Of a stretch of 34,131 bases of DNA, positions 34,094 through 34,131 are shown in pieces (position 1 is the stretch's first letter; the number at the start of each line of letters is the position of its first letter). Source of the DNA: Octopus bimaculoides (Eukaryota); contig NC_068987.1 of assembly GCF_001194135.2 (NCBI RefSeq), positions 76,627,213 through 76,661,343 of the forward strand, read 5' to 3'. Under the pieces are notes generated by a model. That model was not told the DNA's origin, made no database searches, and saw only the letters and a list, made by a program, of their open reading frames with translations. Made by a program: the position numbers and the translations under genes.

Positions 34094-34131
<38 letters not shown>
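33850..34131. repeat. (CA)n/(TA)n-rich low-complexity tract ending in (AT)n
   Basis: Direct reading. Confidence 0.85.

Overview
AT-rich, repeat-saturated animal genomic DNA with five assembly gaps. The SINE families and the (TA)n/(CA)n/(AAT)n density look like octopus or another coleoid cephalopod; this is inferred from recalled repeat patterns, not a database search. I found no host protein-coding exon, tRNA, rRNA or CRISPR array, and most listed ORFs are microsatellite or N-run artefacts. Mobile elements present: two full-length decayed DD37D (maT-type) Tc1/mariner elements with TIRs, several MITEs, Penelope-like remnants (GIY-YIG C-terminus at 1-63; RT plus endonuclease at about 31.4-32.6 kb), R4/Dong-type LINE fragments in (TAA)n, two RTE/BovB-like 3' fragments, an L1/Tx1-like ORF1 remnant, and about 20 copies or fragments of tRNA-derived SINEs in 3-4 families. 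The most interesting signal is an intact-core type I hammerhead ribozyme at 1870-1961. Its unusually large loop II contains a 9-nt complement to its own GAAAC core, a possible built-in folding switch. A second, partly decayed hammerhead with a long structured stem II lies at 16630-16735. All alignments and folds were done by eye.
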